Made by a program: the position numbers and the translations under genes. Below, piece after piece: positions 12,001 through 24,196 of a stretch of DNA of 64,000 nt (position 1 is its first letter; every line of letters starts with the position of its first letter). The stretch comes from Cyanophora paradoxa CCMP329. Lineage: Eukaryota > Plantae > Glaucophyta. Location of the stretch: assembly GCA_004431415.1 (NCBI GenBank), contig QPMI01000494.1, forward strand, positions 124,001 through 188,000, given 5' to 3'. A model generated the notes under the pieces. The model made no database searches, was not told the DNA's origin, and saw only the letters and a program-made list of their open reading frames with translations.

Positions 12001-14569
12001 AGGGCGGCGGCGGTGGCTGCGGTGGCGACGCACCAGCGGTGCAGAGGCGGGGGATATTTTGCAAGCTGCGGCGGGGCGGGAGGGCGGTCGGATGAAATCG
12101 AAACCCGCGGCCGGGGAAGGCCGCTGCAGGGCAAGAAGGGAGAGGAGAGGAGGGGAAAGAAGAGGGGGGGGAGGGGGGGGGTTGAACGAGCGCACAGTCC
12201 GTGTCATCGTTGCCGGCGGCCGAGATGGAGATAACCCCGCGCTCGACCGCACTGCACGGCCGCCGCCGCCGCCCGTGAGCCCGGCCCCGGAGCTCCAGGC
12301 CGGGCGGGGCGCGGCGGGGGGGGGGGGGGGGGGGGGGAGCGCTCGCCTCTGCACCGCCGCGTCGATCGGGTCCCACCTCGGGTCCACCTGCGCAGCGGCT
12401 CGGTCATAAAAAGGCGGGGCGGGCAGGGGGCTCAAAAAACGGCTCGGAATTTAAGAGCTTTGCGGGAGGCGGAAGCCTCGGGCCTTGTGGGAGGAGGAGG
12501 AGGGAGGAAAAGGAGGACGGAGGAGGAGGAGGGGGGCAGGGGGGGGCGGGGGGCTCGAAAACAAAGCGAGCCTTCAGGGACATGCTCATGATGGCGCCGG
12601 CTCGGAATCTAAAAGCTTTGCTGGAGGCGGGTGCCTCTGGCCTTGCGGGACATGCTCATATGATGGCGGGCTTCACGGGCGGGACGGGGCGGGGCGGGGC
12701 GGGGCGGGCCTTCAGGGACATGCTCATGATGGCGGGCTTGACGTGGTTCGCGATCACCCAGTCCATCGACGACAGGATCGCAGACTGGCGGGAAGGTTAG
12801 GGGGAGGGGGGTGGGGGTGGGGGAGTGGGGGGTGGGGAGGGGGGCGTACCCCCGAGCCGCGCCCGTTGCAACCGAAGACGCGCAGCCCGTAGATCGTCGC
12901 CTGCTTCGCAGCGCCGTACGTCCGCGACCCGATCGTGCCCGCCACCTGCCCCCCGCGCCCCATGGCCAGGCCTAAGCCGCGCGCCGCCGGCGCCCGCGCG
13001 CGCCGCGGCGCAGCTCCAAAGCTGCGCACGTGGGTCCCGTGGCCGCTGCAGTCCCCAAAAAAGTTCTCTAAAAGGCGCACGCGCGCGGGGGCCGGGCGCC
13101 GTCGCTCAGCAACCTCGCGGTGCAGCGCGGCGCGGCGTGGGCGGGGAGGGGTACCGCCGGTGGCGTCGATGATGTTGCGCGCTCGCCCCTCGAACTCAGG
13201 GTGCTCCGTAAATATCCCGGAGTCGATCACGTACCTGTACCCCGCGCGCGCGCCCCGCCCCGCCCCGTGACGTCACGCGGCCCAGCCGGACATAAATAAA
13301 GAAGAGGGGTACGGGAGACGTACACGTTGACGCCGCAGCCAGAGGCGCTGTAACTGTACTTCCGGTCCCCACCCGAGCTCCAAGCGTCCTGCGCGCGCGC
13401 GGCCGCCGTCGGCGGGCCGGGGGGGTACAAAGGCAAGGAAGCGCGCGCGGGGGGGGGGGTACGGCACCTGGTCGATCCGGTCCAGATTCCAGGGCGCTGC
13501 GCGGCCGGCCGGCCGCGCCGCGGCGACGGTCAGGAAAAGGCGAGAGGCCTAGGCCTATAGCTAGCTAGCTATCTACGCCTAGCGTCTCTATGCTTATATT
13601 GATTATAAGGGCGCACGGGAGGACTGCTCGAGGGCGGCGATTGAGGCCGGGACGTCCCGCCAGACCCCCAGCACCGCGTCGTCCGCCTCGGCCGCCGCCC
13701 GCACGTCCTCCCCCATCCTGCCAGGAGGTCACGGGGGCGGGGGGGCGGGTTGGGGGGTGGGGGGAGGAAGGGGGGTACCGCGCGGAAAAGCCGGGGAAGA
13801 CGCCGCGGTAGACGTCGCGGACCTGCCGCGGGTGATCGCGATCGGTAAGAGGGGAGGGGGGAAGGCTAGGGGGGGGGGTATGCTTAAGGACGGCTCCGCG
13901 GCTGCGCGCGCACCTCGAAAAGTGGTTCCGGGGCCGGCGGGGCCGTCTCGCCGGGTACCGGTCCAGCCTTGGCGGAGGGTCCGGATCCGGAGCCGGGGGC
14001 CGCTTTGCCGGCGGCGCGGGGGGGCGAGGGGCCGCCGAGCTGGGGGCCTAGGCCCAGCCGCCTGCGGAGGAGCTCGAGGAGGGTCTGCGAGGCGGCGCCC
14101 AGGTCCTCGCCCGCAAGCAGCCGCCGCCCCAGCGCCCGCTCCGCCGCCTCGGGCTTGAAGCGCTGCGAGGCCGGAATCGATATCGAAATCGAAATTAAAT
14201 GGGCCCGAGGCTATAAAATTGCGTGCAAGGAGGTGAAGCGTGTAGGGCGCGCGCAAAGTTGAAGGCTACCGGGCCGGGCCGGGGCGCAGATGTATATTTA
14301 CGCACCACAATGAACAGGTCCCGAACTGGGGGCAGCTCGGCCCCTTCGGACAGGTCGAGGAGATCCCGCGCCTGATCACGGTCGTGAAGCTTGCCGGGAT
14401 TGGAGCCGGAGGAATCGGGCACGCCCGCTGCAGCTGCCGCCACCGCCGCGAGGAGGGCGATCGCGATCGCGAGGAGCGTCGCGGCTGTGCACGCGAGAGG
14501 CGCGGCCGGCGCGCGGGGGCGCCGCCGCCGGCTTCCCCCCTTAAGCTTCACAGCGCTCGCGCGCGCCAT
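3069..14569 (-). CDS. Membrane-anchored subtilisin (peptidase S8, proteinase K-like) with EGF domain, Kre9/KNH1-like beta domain, 7 Cys-bounded PPC-like modules, Pro/Ser linkers, C-terminal TM
   Basis: Signal peptide [19 protein letters not shown] (~14430-14480). Catalytic motifs: [18 protein letters not shown] (Asp, ~13230), [16 protein letters not shown] (His, ~13035/12940), AAGND (~12210), [17 protein letters not shown] (Ser, ~11595). [27 protein letters not shown] (~11185-11255). [24 protein letters not shown] (~10750-10820). [28 protein letters not shown] followed by RHRRR (~3330-3425). Confidence 0.85.
8158..8515 (-). repeat. Coding (Ser-Pro)n linker, ~115 aa
   Basis: GGGCT(C/G)/GGCGAC hexamer array; translation PSPSPS... 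in ORF 7708..8682. Confidence 0.95.
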
Positions 14570-14793
14570 ATATATATGCATGCGCCGAACTTGCCTTGAC
14601 GCCGACGAGCTGCTGCGTATACGATCCACCGAGATCTAGAGCTGAGGATGCTGGAGCCGGCCGCCGTATACGTACATGTGATATCAATGCGCCGGGCGCG
14701 GCGGGCGCGCGCGCGACTGCTGGCTACCGAACTTCCGAAGTTCTAGCTCGGGCGAAAACGCGCAGACCAGCCTTCACTGGCAGCTGCCAGGCT

Positions 14794-14870
14794 CACGAGT
14801 CACGACTCACCGTTCACGACTCACGAGTCACGACTCACGAGACTCACGACTCACGAGTCACGACTCACGA
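14794..14870. repeat. 7-bp TCACGA(G/C) tandem array
   Basis: tcacgagtcacgactcac... about 10 degenerate units. Confidence 0.85.
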
Positions 14871-14886
14871 CCGTCGGACGCAGCCG

Positions 14887-14897
14887 CACTAGTACTG
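14887..14897. promoter_or_regulatory. CACTAGTACTG motif (also at 15583, 57087, 58211), candidate cis-element of divergent promoters
   Basis: Exact 11-mer noticed four times, only in the two head-to-head intergenic regions. The copy here forms the loop of hairpin CAGCCGCA-ctagtac-TGCGGCTG. Confidence 0.3.
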
Positions 14898-15145
14898 CGG
14901 CTGGCGCCGGCCGCGGCTGCAGTGCGGCAGTGCCGCGACCGTGCGCGCGCGTCCGACGGTCGGACTCGCCGAATCGACGCCGATACGCGATGCGCGGCGT
15001 TAACGTTCCGGCCCGGCGGAGTCCGGACTCCGGACTCCGGACTCCGCCGGCCGGGCCCGGCCGGCGGCCGGGCGCCGGGCCGGCCGGCGCCGCGGGATGA
15101 GCGGCGGCGCCCCGCGGCCGGGCCGGATCGCGAAACTTTTTTGAA

Positions 15146-15219
15146 ATCGCGATCGCGAGTCGCGACTCGCGACTCGGAGTCGCGACTCGCGAGTCGCGAC
15201 TCGCGAGTCGCGACCACTG
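15146..15219. repeat. 7-bp TCGCGA(G/C) palindromic array ending in CCACTG
   Basis: tcgcgagtcgcgactcgcgac... about 9 units, self-complementary. Confidence 0.85.
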
Positions 15220-15805
15220 CGGCCGGATCGATCCTCTCGCACAACTCAATCGCAGCAACTTGAAACTTCAAGCGAACGCGCGCACGCGCGCGCTCGCGCG
15301 ATCGCGATTGCCAAGTTGCGTATGCAAACTTGAAATGCCGTGCAATTTCGGTGCAAACGTACCGTACCACTGGCCTACAAATTCCACAATTAAGAGCGCT
15401 AGCACGCGGCACGCCGCAATGCGGCCGCATGCGCACGCGCAGCCGCCGGCCGCGGGCCGCGGGGGCGGCGGCGCCGGCGGCCCGGCGGGCCCGGCGCATG
15501 CGGCGCCGCATGGGCCGCGGCATGGCACGGCGCATGCGCGGGGCGGGCGCCGGCCTGCGCCGGCGCCCGCCCGGCGGCCGCGCACTAGTACTGCATGCGC
15601 AGCAGCTCGGCCGCCCGCGGCGCGGCCGGCCGGCGCCGGGCCGGCGGGCCGGCGGCGGCTTGGTGGCCCCGGTCGCACGGACTCGCTCCGTCTCGCACAT
15701 AGGCAGCTGCGCCTGCAGGCTAGCGCTGCGCATGCGGGCCTGCGCATGCGGCGCACCGAATTCGAATATCGCCGATCGCGAGCGACCGCAGGGGTACACA
15801 CAGAG

Positions 15806-18800
15806 ATGAGCCGGTCGCGCTCGACGGGCCCGCGCGGCGCCGGCGGGCAGGGAAAGCGGAAACGGGGTGCGTGCGGGCGATTGCTCGCTTGCGCCGTCGC
15901 GTTCGCTGAGCCCGTGCAGGCGCGAAGCTCGAGGAGAGAAGCCCCGCGGCCGCGACGCCAGCCGCGCGGGATTTACTCGCCTCCGGTAAGCTTCTTTTGA
16001 GTGAGCTTCCCCTTTCTCAAGCTAGCGCGCAAAATTCTCGACTTCGATGCGGGATCAAATTTCAGAGTGCTCGTACGCCGCCATGGCCATTCTCACCCGC
16101 TGCTTTCCTTTCGCGCAGGTCAAGATGCAAGCTTTGTTAATTCAAAGCTTCCTGCGTGGCCTTCGGCCTCCAGAAAGCGAGGCGGAGCGGCCGCGAGCTC
16201 GCCCCAGCTGCAGCAGACTCCGGAAATTGCAGATCTAGAGGTAATGCAGCTGGAGCAAGGTCAGAATTCGAAGCGGCAGCCGCAGTTCCATCAGCAGCAG
16301 AAGATTCCCTCCCCTCCGTTCATGCGATGGACGCGGCGGCGCCTGGCGGCTGCGGAACAAGAGCTTCTGTCGGGCCGGGGACAGCAGCTCCAACCTGCAC
16401 TGCAGGCTGAGGCGGCCGAGGCTTCGCAGCCTTCCAGCCGCAAGCGGAGCCGCGCGCGCGCGAAGCAGGAGCCGAATCCCGATTCAAAGGCGGGGCGCGC
16501 CCGCGGCCGTGCTGGAGACCGCTCGTCGAAGAATTCAAGGAACACTGATCATGAGCCCTCGAATGCAGTGGTCCGTCCTGTGTTCTGTCTTTTCTGCCGG
16601 CTGCGCTGCGGAATTCGAAGTTTGACCATGAGAAGCCGCCTCGCGCTCGTCGCTTCAACTGAATTTCGCATGGCGCAGGCAGGAGCTCGGGCACCGGCAC
16701 CCACAGGCAGCCTCGCACTAGAAGGAGAAGAAGCCATCTCTTCAGCTCCGGACCGTCTTTCATCGGCCGCCTCCGCCTCGAGATCAAATTCGAATTCGGA
16801 GCGCCCGCCGGTCGCGGCCGTTTCGCTGCTCGCAGCCCCTGCTGTCCCCTCGATCGAAAGCCCAGGCCCCGTGGAGGCCGCCCCTCCCCCGCCTGCGGAT
16901 TCGAGATCGACCTTGGAGGCCTCGAATTCAGCCTCCACCGCGAGCGCCGCCCCCTCTGCTCCTGCGGCCTGCCCAGATGCAGCCGTCCCCGCCGCATCGC
17001 CGTCTGCCGCAGCCCCGCCGGGGCCGACCCGTGGGCGCGGGCGCAGCCTTGGACGCAAGAAGCAAGCTCAGACAGCGGCAGCGGCAGCTTCAGCAGCAGA
17101 CGGCGGGTCCGAGCAGCAGCCGCAGCCGCAGGGGCTGCGCCGCGGGCGCTCCCGCGGCCGCGGACCGGCATCCGAAGTCGCATGCGCCCCGCGGCCGGCC
17201 GCGGCCGGCGCCGTCGACGTCGACCATGCGCCAGCGCCAGCGGCGCTGGAGACGCCGGCGCAGAACTCGGAGAAATCGGAGAAGTCGACGGGAGATTCGG
17301 AGGCCCCAGCCGCGGCCGCGGCCGCCCCTCGCGAGACATGTACAGCGCCCGGCGTAGAGCACGGGGGGCCTTCCGACTTCGCGGGCGGCCCGGCCTTGCC
17401 CCGGATCTGGAGCCCGACCGTCGCGCCTCCGCCCGTGGTCGCGATCGCGGCCGCCTCTGCTCCGCCCCCGGAAGTCACGGGCCCGAGCTCGCCTCCTCCT
17501 CCGCCTCCGCCTCCGCCTCCGCCTCCGCCTCCGGGTCTTGCCTTCGCCTCCGCCCCGCCCCCGCCCTCGCCCTTCAGCTTGCCCCCGCCCCCGCCCCCGG
17601 CCGCTGCGCACTCCGCGCCTCCGGATCCGCAGCCTCCCTCCTCAGAGCCGACCTCCACCGCCTCCGCCCCGATCGTTTCTCCCCCGTCCCCGCCCGCGGT
17701 CGGGACCGCGGCCGCGGCCCCCGCCGCCGCACCGGGCTCGCCTTCGTCCGCGGACCGCGCCCCTGCCTCGCCCCCGCCCCCGCCCCCCGCCGACGCCACC
17801 TCTCTTCCGCCTTCGGCCGCTTTGGATCCTCCCCCGCCCGCGGCCGCCTCCCCGCCGGCCCTCGTCCTCTCGCCGCCCCGGGCGCCGGAAGGCGTGACCC
17901 GGCCGCAGCCCCGAAAGTTCAAGCTCGACCGCCAGAAGAAGCCGAACACGAAGGCTCCCGGGGCTGGGCCCGGACCGGCGACAACCACGCTCCAGCAGCG
18001 GCAGCTGCAGCAGCTACAGTCGCAGGACTCGAAGGCTTCTGAGCCTGGTTTCAAGCCTTTGCCTGCTGCTCCGGGCGCGAAGTCTGGGTCCGAAGCCGCG
18101 GGGCCGGCGCCGGTGCCGCGGCCGGCGCCGGCGCGGGGCCCGTCCGCGGCCGCGGAGCCTCGATCCTCGGGCCTTCCTCGCAGCCGCAGCAGGCGTCCGC
18201 CCCGGAACCCGCGTCCTCCGTCAGCTCGCAGCCACCGGGTTCAGCGGCCGCAGCCGCCAACAATTCCAAGCTTCAGATCGAGCTCCCGCGCCGCCGGCGC
18301 CCGCCCCAGTCTCGGCCCCGGCCCGGCCTCGGCCCCGGCCTCGCGGCCGGAGCCCCGCCTGCCGGTGCCCGGACCGGCCTCCTCGCGATCGGCGCCGGCC
18401 CCGAAATCAAAGCCGCGCCCCCCGGCGCCCGCCCCTGCCTCGTCGCGATCGGCCCTGGCGCCGGCCCCGGAGCCGGCCCCGAAGCCGAGCCCACCGGCGC
18501 CCGCCCTTCCCTCCTCGGCCCCGGCGCCGGTCCCGGAGCCGCGCCCGCCCAGCCCACGGCTGCTCTTCGTGCCAGTGAACGCCCCCAACGACCGCATCGC
18601 CGCCCTGCTCCGCTCGGTGCGCATAATGAACCGGCCCGTAGCGCTCGAAATTATATCAATATTTAATCGGTCGGCATCTGTATGCGCAGGCCGGCGTCGG
18701 GATTACGAAGGTCGAGAAAGGCAGCGTCCAGGTAACTTTTTAATTATAAGCTTCTATAGCTAAAGAGCAAGTTTAAATCTTTAGCTTTCAATTGCTTTAG

Positions 18801-21369
18801 CTTCCCGTCGGATCCGATCTTAAGCTTATAGCTATAGCTTATTATTTAAAAAGCTTATTGCCTTTCCTGGACGGTGGAGAAAGGCAGCGTCCAGGTAAAT
18901 ATAAGCTTAAATTCTAGATCTGAAGAGCGAATTCAAACCTTCAGCTTGCCTCCCGTACGCGTTGGATATCGATATCAATCTATTCACAATTCGCCCGGCC
19001 CAGGCCCGCGGCAACTGCGCCTACGAGTGCCTGATCGCGAGCGCGGGGCCGTCCGCCCCTTCCGCGGCCCTCAACGCCAAGGTACGCTCTAGACTCTCAT
19101 TTATCTCCCTAGATCCGATCTAGATCTTTCCTTCTGAATCTAGATCTAGATCTCGATCTTATACAGACTCTAACGTAACTATCTCCGACCCAGATCTTCC
19201 CTTCCCCCTCTCCTTTATTCGCTCCCTCGACCTCACATCCCCCCCCCCTCCCCCCTCGTCCTCCTCGCGCAGGCGCGGCGGCGGGAGGACGGGCGGAAGA
19301 TCGCGGCCCTCCGCTGCCTCGCCGTCGCCGGCCTCCTCCACCGCTCCCTCGCCGAAGGTCCGCCCCGAATTCGAATTAGAGGAGAGCGAACTATGAAATT
19401 AATTGAACTAGAGCACGGGCAGCTTAGTACCAGCAGCTTAGAAAGACAGGAAAGTTCAACTTACGAACTAAATTGAATTATAAGCCGGTCTAGATTCCTG
19501 GTCGACGTCTAGATGTTTTTAATTAGCAGAAAACTCGTCGACGTCAAAGAGGCTTTTTACGATGTGTTGATTGGAGACGCATATATATAATATGGATCCC
19601 CCCATTTTCTGCAATCGATATCGCGCCACCGAATCCGGTGGCGAGAATTCTGACCCCCCAATAATATGGTCCGTCCCTGCCAATAATATGCATAATATGA
19701 TCTCCCCATTTATAAAAGTCCAAAAATGGGTTGATTGATTGGAGATGCATAATCCCCGTTTTCTGCCATCGCCCCACCGAATCCGGTGGCGACAATTCTG
19801 ACCCCTTCGTTCGCAGGGGACTTCCTGGACCTGCTGCGGGCGACCACCGGCACCCAGGACGCCGCCGGTGCCCGCCCCCGCGCCCCTAACTATAAGCCTT
19901 CGAATTCTACTAGCTAGGGCTAGCAAAAACCGCGGGAGACGAAGCTAATAATTATTAGCGGAATTAGAGCTATAAGCGAATTCCGATTACTCGCTCTATA
20001 TCTGGGTTTTATAATCAGATCTAGAGCTCTTAATCGCGAAGCTTGCCGGTACCGAGGACGCCGCTGTCGCCCGCACTAACTATAGGGGCCTGATCTCAAG
20101 ATCGAGAGCGCGGGGCCTTGCACTTGGCTCGGGCTAGCAAAAACCGTGGGAGACGAAGCTAATAATTATTAGCGGAATTAGAGCTATAAGCGAATTCCGA
20201 TTACTCGCTCTATATCTGGGTTTTATAATCAGATCTAGAGCTCTTAATCGCGAAGCTTGCCGGTACCGAGGACGCCGCTGTCGCCCGCACTAACTATAGG
20301 GGCCTGATCTCAAGATTGAGCGCGCGCGCGGGGCCTTGCACTTGGCTCGCGACCTTTAAATTTCCGGTCGGCTAAATGGTTAATTAAAAATAGTTAAGCT
20401 TCAGTTATGCTGAAGCTTCGCTGAGTATATATATAAGCTCACGCGTCGCGCCCCCGCAGGGTACCTCGCGGGGCAGCTCGACGCCGACTCGGCCCTCTCC
20501 TCCGACAAGTGCGAGCGAAAATCGGATCGGAGATTGAATAGGAGCCGGGCCGATTCTATAATAAGATCCAGAGATCTTCTCCTTTTCGAATTTCGCGGAG
20601 AAGATCAAGTACAATAAGATCCTTTACAATAAGATCTCGGGCGGGTTTTCGGGGGCCTCTTAAATTTCCGATCGTTTCGCAGGTACGGGGGCAACCTGGA
20701 GCTGCACAGCGTGGGCACCTGGCTCCGCATCCGCGTCCTCGTCCTCGTCGAGCAGGTCCGATCCATTGATTTTATGTGCAGCTTAGATTGGTCGAATCAA
20801 AGCTCTAATTTTGGATTTTGCAATTGTAATAAGAGCCTCTTCGTCTTTCAAGGCTTTCGCGTCCTTCGCCAATTCGAGGCTCGAGCTCTCTAGATCATAT
20901 GATCACGCTCGATCTCTCGCTCACGAATTTGATCGCTGTCTAGATCTCACTCTCAAGCACTTTCTCTCGCGCAGAACTCGAACGAGACGCCCGGGGCCTT
21001 CGGAGACCTCTCGCAGCAGTCCCGCACCGTCGTGATGATCAACAGCCGGCGCGTCTATTATTCTGTGCTTATGAAAAGTTATGGTTTTTAGTTAGCTGAC
21101 GCTCAAGCACGCGCACGTGCAGGCGGCAGCACATGAGCCCCGTCGCGCCGCGCCCGCCGCTCTTCGCGGGGCCCTCGGTCGACGAGATCGCGGCGGCGGC
21201 GCGCGCGGCGCTGGCGGCGGCGCGCGCGGCGGCCGCCTCCGCCTCCGCCTCCGCCTCGGCGGAGCTCGGGTTCGGGTCCGGGTCGGGGCCGTCCGAGGAG
21301 TGGAGGAAGGAAGCGCTGGAGCTGGCGGGACGGACGGAGGCGGCCCTGGGGCGGGCGCTCAAGGAGTAG
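15806..21369 (+). CDS. OTU-family cysteine protease (deubiquitinase-like) with long Pro/Ala/Ser-rich disordered N-terminus
   Basis: ATG 15806 gives MSRSRS..GKRKR, followed by the Pro-rich exon(s) 16119-18615. Spliced C-terminus: GITKVEKGSVQ|ARGNCAYECLIAS (Cys loop, 19004) ...IAALRCLAVAGLL...DFLDLL...YLAGQL...YGGNLELHSVGTWLRIRVLVL (WGG..EL motif, ~20683)...VVMINSR|RQHMSPV (His). Stop TAG 21367-21369. Confidence 0.75.
19917..20348. repeat. Intronic tandem duplication, 2 x ~214 bp, near-identical
   Basis: gggctagcaaaaaccg.gggagacgaagctaataatt... starts at 19917 and again at 20131. Confidence 0.95.
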
Positions 21370-21631
21370 ACGCGGATATCGATCCACGACCAGATCTAGA
21401 TTGATGCGTATGCACGCCCGGACCCACACTGTTTTACGAAGAACCTGTGATCATGACCCAAATTAAATCGATATCTTCCCAGGCCACTGCAGCTGATCAT
21501 GAATCTTCCCAGGCCACTGGGGCTGCCCTGGGGCGGGCGCTCAAGGAGTAGACGCGGATATCGATCCACGGCCAGATCTAGATCGACGCACACCCGGACC
21601 GGCACTGTTTTTCGAAGAACCTGTGACCCAA
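21343..21631 (+). repeat. Direct duplication of the OTU gene's last codons, stop and start of 3'UTR (period ~182 bp)
   Basis: gccctggggcgggcgctcaaggagTAGacgcggatatcgatccacg at 21343 and 21525. Confidence 0.9.
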
Positions 21632-21854
21632 CTCTGCCCGGCGGCCCGAGCCACTGCGCATGCTCTAGATCTAGCGCCACTGCCGCGAAAGCCGAAGCAT
21701 TGAATGGAAATGACAACGGGGCGCGCTTTTCGCGGTAGAGCACGAGGCCGGGCCGCCGGGACGCGTACGGGCGCCGAGCCCTCCGGCCGGATGAAGTCAA
21801 GTCCCCTCGCCGGGTACACGGATATCGAGGCGCCGCAGAAGCCAACTTCGCGCA

Positions 21855-24161
21855 ATGCAGCCACCGACGCCAACGCACGGTCCCGTCAACTTCAACGGCG
21901 CGTCTGCGATGCGCCTGCGGGTCGTGCGGGTCCCCGCGGCCGATGTCCAGAAGATCGCGGCCTCCGTCGCGCCCGCGCCTGTCCTGCAGCCGCAGGGCGC
22001 TCCGCCATCGCCGCTTAAGAGCGCGGGCGAGAGCGCAAGCACCGCGGGCGCGGGCGCGCAGCAGGGGGCCGCTCAGGATCAGAAGGCCAAGCAGACGAAG
22101 GGCGGCGGGCTGCGGACCTCCTACGTGCGCTCCATCGTGGCCGGGGTCGTCACGGTCTTCGACAAGATCTCCGCCGTCGGAGGCTTCGACGCCCGTGCGC
22201 TCGATCGGTCCCGCAGGCGCCGGCGCCGGGCGCGGCGTCGACGTCGCGCGCGCTGATCCCTTGCGTGCGTACGCGCGCGCTGCGTTCGCAGGGAACGCTC
22301 GGTTCATAGGGGCTCTCTGCCTGTCCTTCTTCTGCTTCTACCTCGGCAAGCAGAGCGTGAAGCGCGTCGCCTCCGCCCGCAGCCGTCTGCGGCTAGCGCT
22401 GATCTCTCCTCGAATCCGCCAGCCCCATCGAGGTCTTCGGCATGCTCGCCGTTCGTGCGTCGCGTTCTTCTTCCTCTTCGGACGTACGCGTGCGCGTACT
22501 CGCGCGGCTCGCGCTCACGTTCGAGCGGCGCGCGCGCGTGTGTGCCGGCACCAGTGCTCGTCGCGCACGCGCGGCGGCGGCGGCAGAAGGCGCGGCGCCT
22601 GTTCCAACAGCGGCAGCGCGCGGCGGGGCCGGCGGAGCGCCCACGCGACTGGACGGACGCCGAGCGCTCCGTCTTTCTGAACAAGTCACTCCGCAAGTTC
22701 TGGAGGCCCGCCCGCACGCCATTTATAAGCTCGAGCTCTATCTGTCGATAGCTATCTATTTATCTATCTATCTGACTCCTTTTAACTTCACTCCGCAGGC
22801 GCTACGAGCAGGTGCTGAACGACATGCTGGGGGACACGCTGCAGGTGAGAAGTGTAAGGCGGCGGGTCCCGATCCTCGCCGGGCGCCTCGGGCCCGCCTC
22901 CCTCCCTCCTGCGCCCGCCTTTCCGTCTGATCAAATCATATGACACGCGTCGCTCCAGAGCGTCGTCAACGACTATCGCCCCTTCAGTATCGTGCGTATA
23001 TAGAATCCCGGCCAGATCCAATAATCAAATAAGAGCTCCTAATCAATAATCAGCTAAGAGCTCCTAATTAACAATCAAATAAACAAATAAGAGCTCCTAA
23101 TCATCAATCCGCCCCGCTTGCAGGAGGAGATCGTCATCCGCAGCGTGGAGATAGGGAACAAGCCGCCCAAGATCCACTCCGTCAAGGGGTACCAGGGCGC
23201 GCCGACGCCCGCCCCCCCCCCCTTTTTGTCCGAGCCTCTGCGCAGGGGCCGGCACCGACCTGGCTCGCACCCCTTACCCCCTCTTCTTTCCCCGTACCCT
23301 CCCCCTCTTCCGCCGTGACTCACGGACCCTGCAGGCCATCGAGGCCGACGTCCAGCTCATCGGCTCCCTGAAGTGACCTTTTTTATGTCCCGCTCTCATT
23401 GGTTTATTTTGAAACCGGTACCCCCGCAGGGCGCTCCTCGGTCTCCGCGTCGGCTTTTCGTTCGCGACGCTCTACGTCCCCGTCGAGGCGCGCACCGTAC
23501 CCCCCTGAAAGAAGTGGAAACCTTTCCCGCCGGATTCGAACCCGCGCAGGTGGCCGTGAATGACGTTCGCGCCCCCGTACGCCTCCGGTGCGAACTTCCC
23601 CCCCCCCCCCCCCCCCCCGGCTCGGCGGCTCGAGTTCTAACCCGTACCCAGCTTCGCCCTGGACGAGAGGCGAGCGAAATCCCGTACCCTCCGCTGGTCG
23701 CGCACACGGACCCCGCCTCTGCCGTTTGCCCTGACATGTTTGCCCTTCCCCCCCCCCCCCCCCCCCCCCGCCCAGGGATTGGGTTAAGGTGCCCTCGCCC
23801 TCCCCCCCCCCCCTCTGCCCACCCCCCTGTCTTGAATAATCCCGTACCCCAGGGCCCCCTCTGGATCTCCCTCGCCAAGCGGCCCTCCTTCGATCTCGAC
23901 GTCCGGCCCATCGGTACCCCCACCCTCCCGCTCTCCTGTACCCCTTCTTCGCAAAGCTGAAGCCCCCTCCCTCCCCCCCCCCCCCCCGCGTCCCGACAGG
24001 TCACGTGGATCTGATGGACCTGCCCGGCCTGGGAAGCTGGTACCCCCCGGCCTTCCCGCAACCCTGTAACCCCACGGCCAAAGCCATACCCCGCTAGGAT
24101 GGAATCCTCGATCTACGACGGCGTGCGCTCGTCCCTCATTTGGCCTAACGAGGCGCGCCCT

Positions 24162-24196
<35 letters not shown>

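Noticed and set aside
16001-18763. 920-aa single-exon ORF as a complete gene
   Set aside because: It begins and ends inside introns; it is the read-through of the Pro-rich exons of the spliced OTU gene
23515-23550. GGTTCGAATCC T-loop-like motif on the minus strand (tRNA?)
   Set aside because: No acceptor, D or anticodon stems around it; it lies at an intron 3' end of the SMP gene
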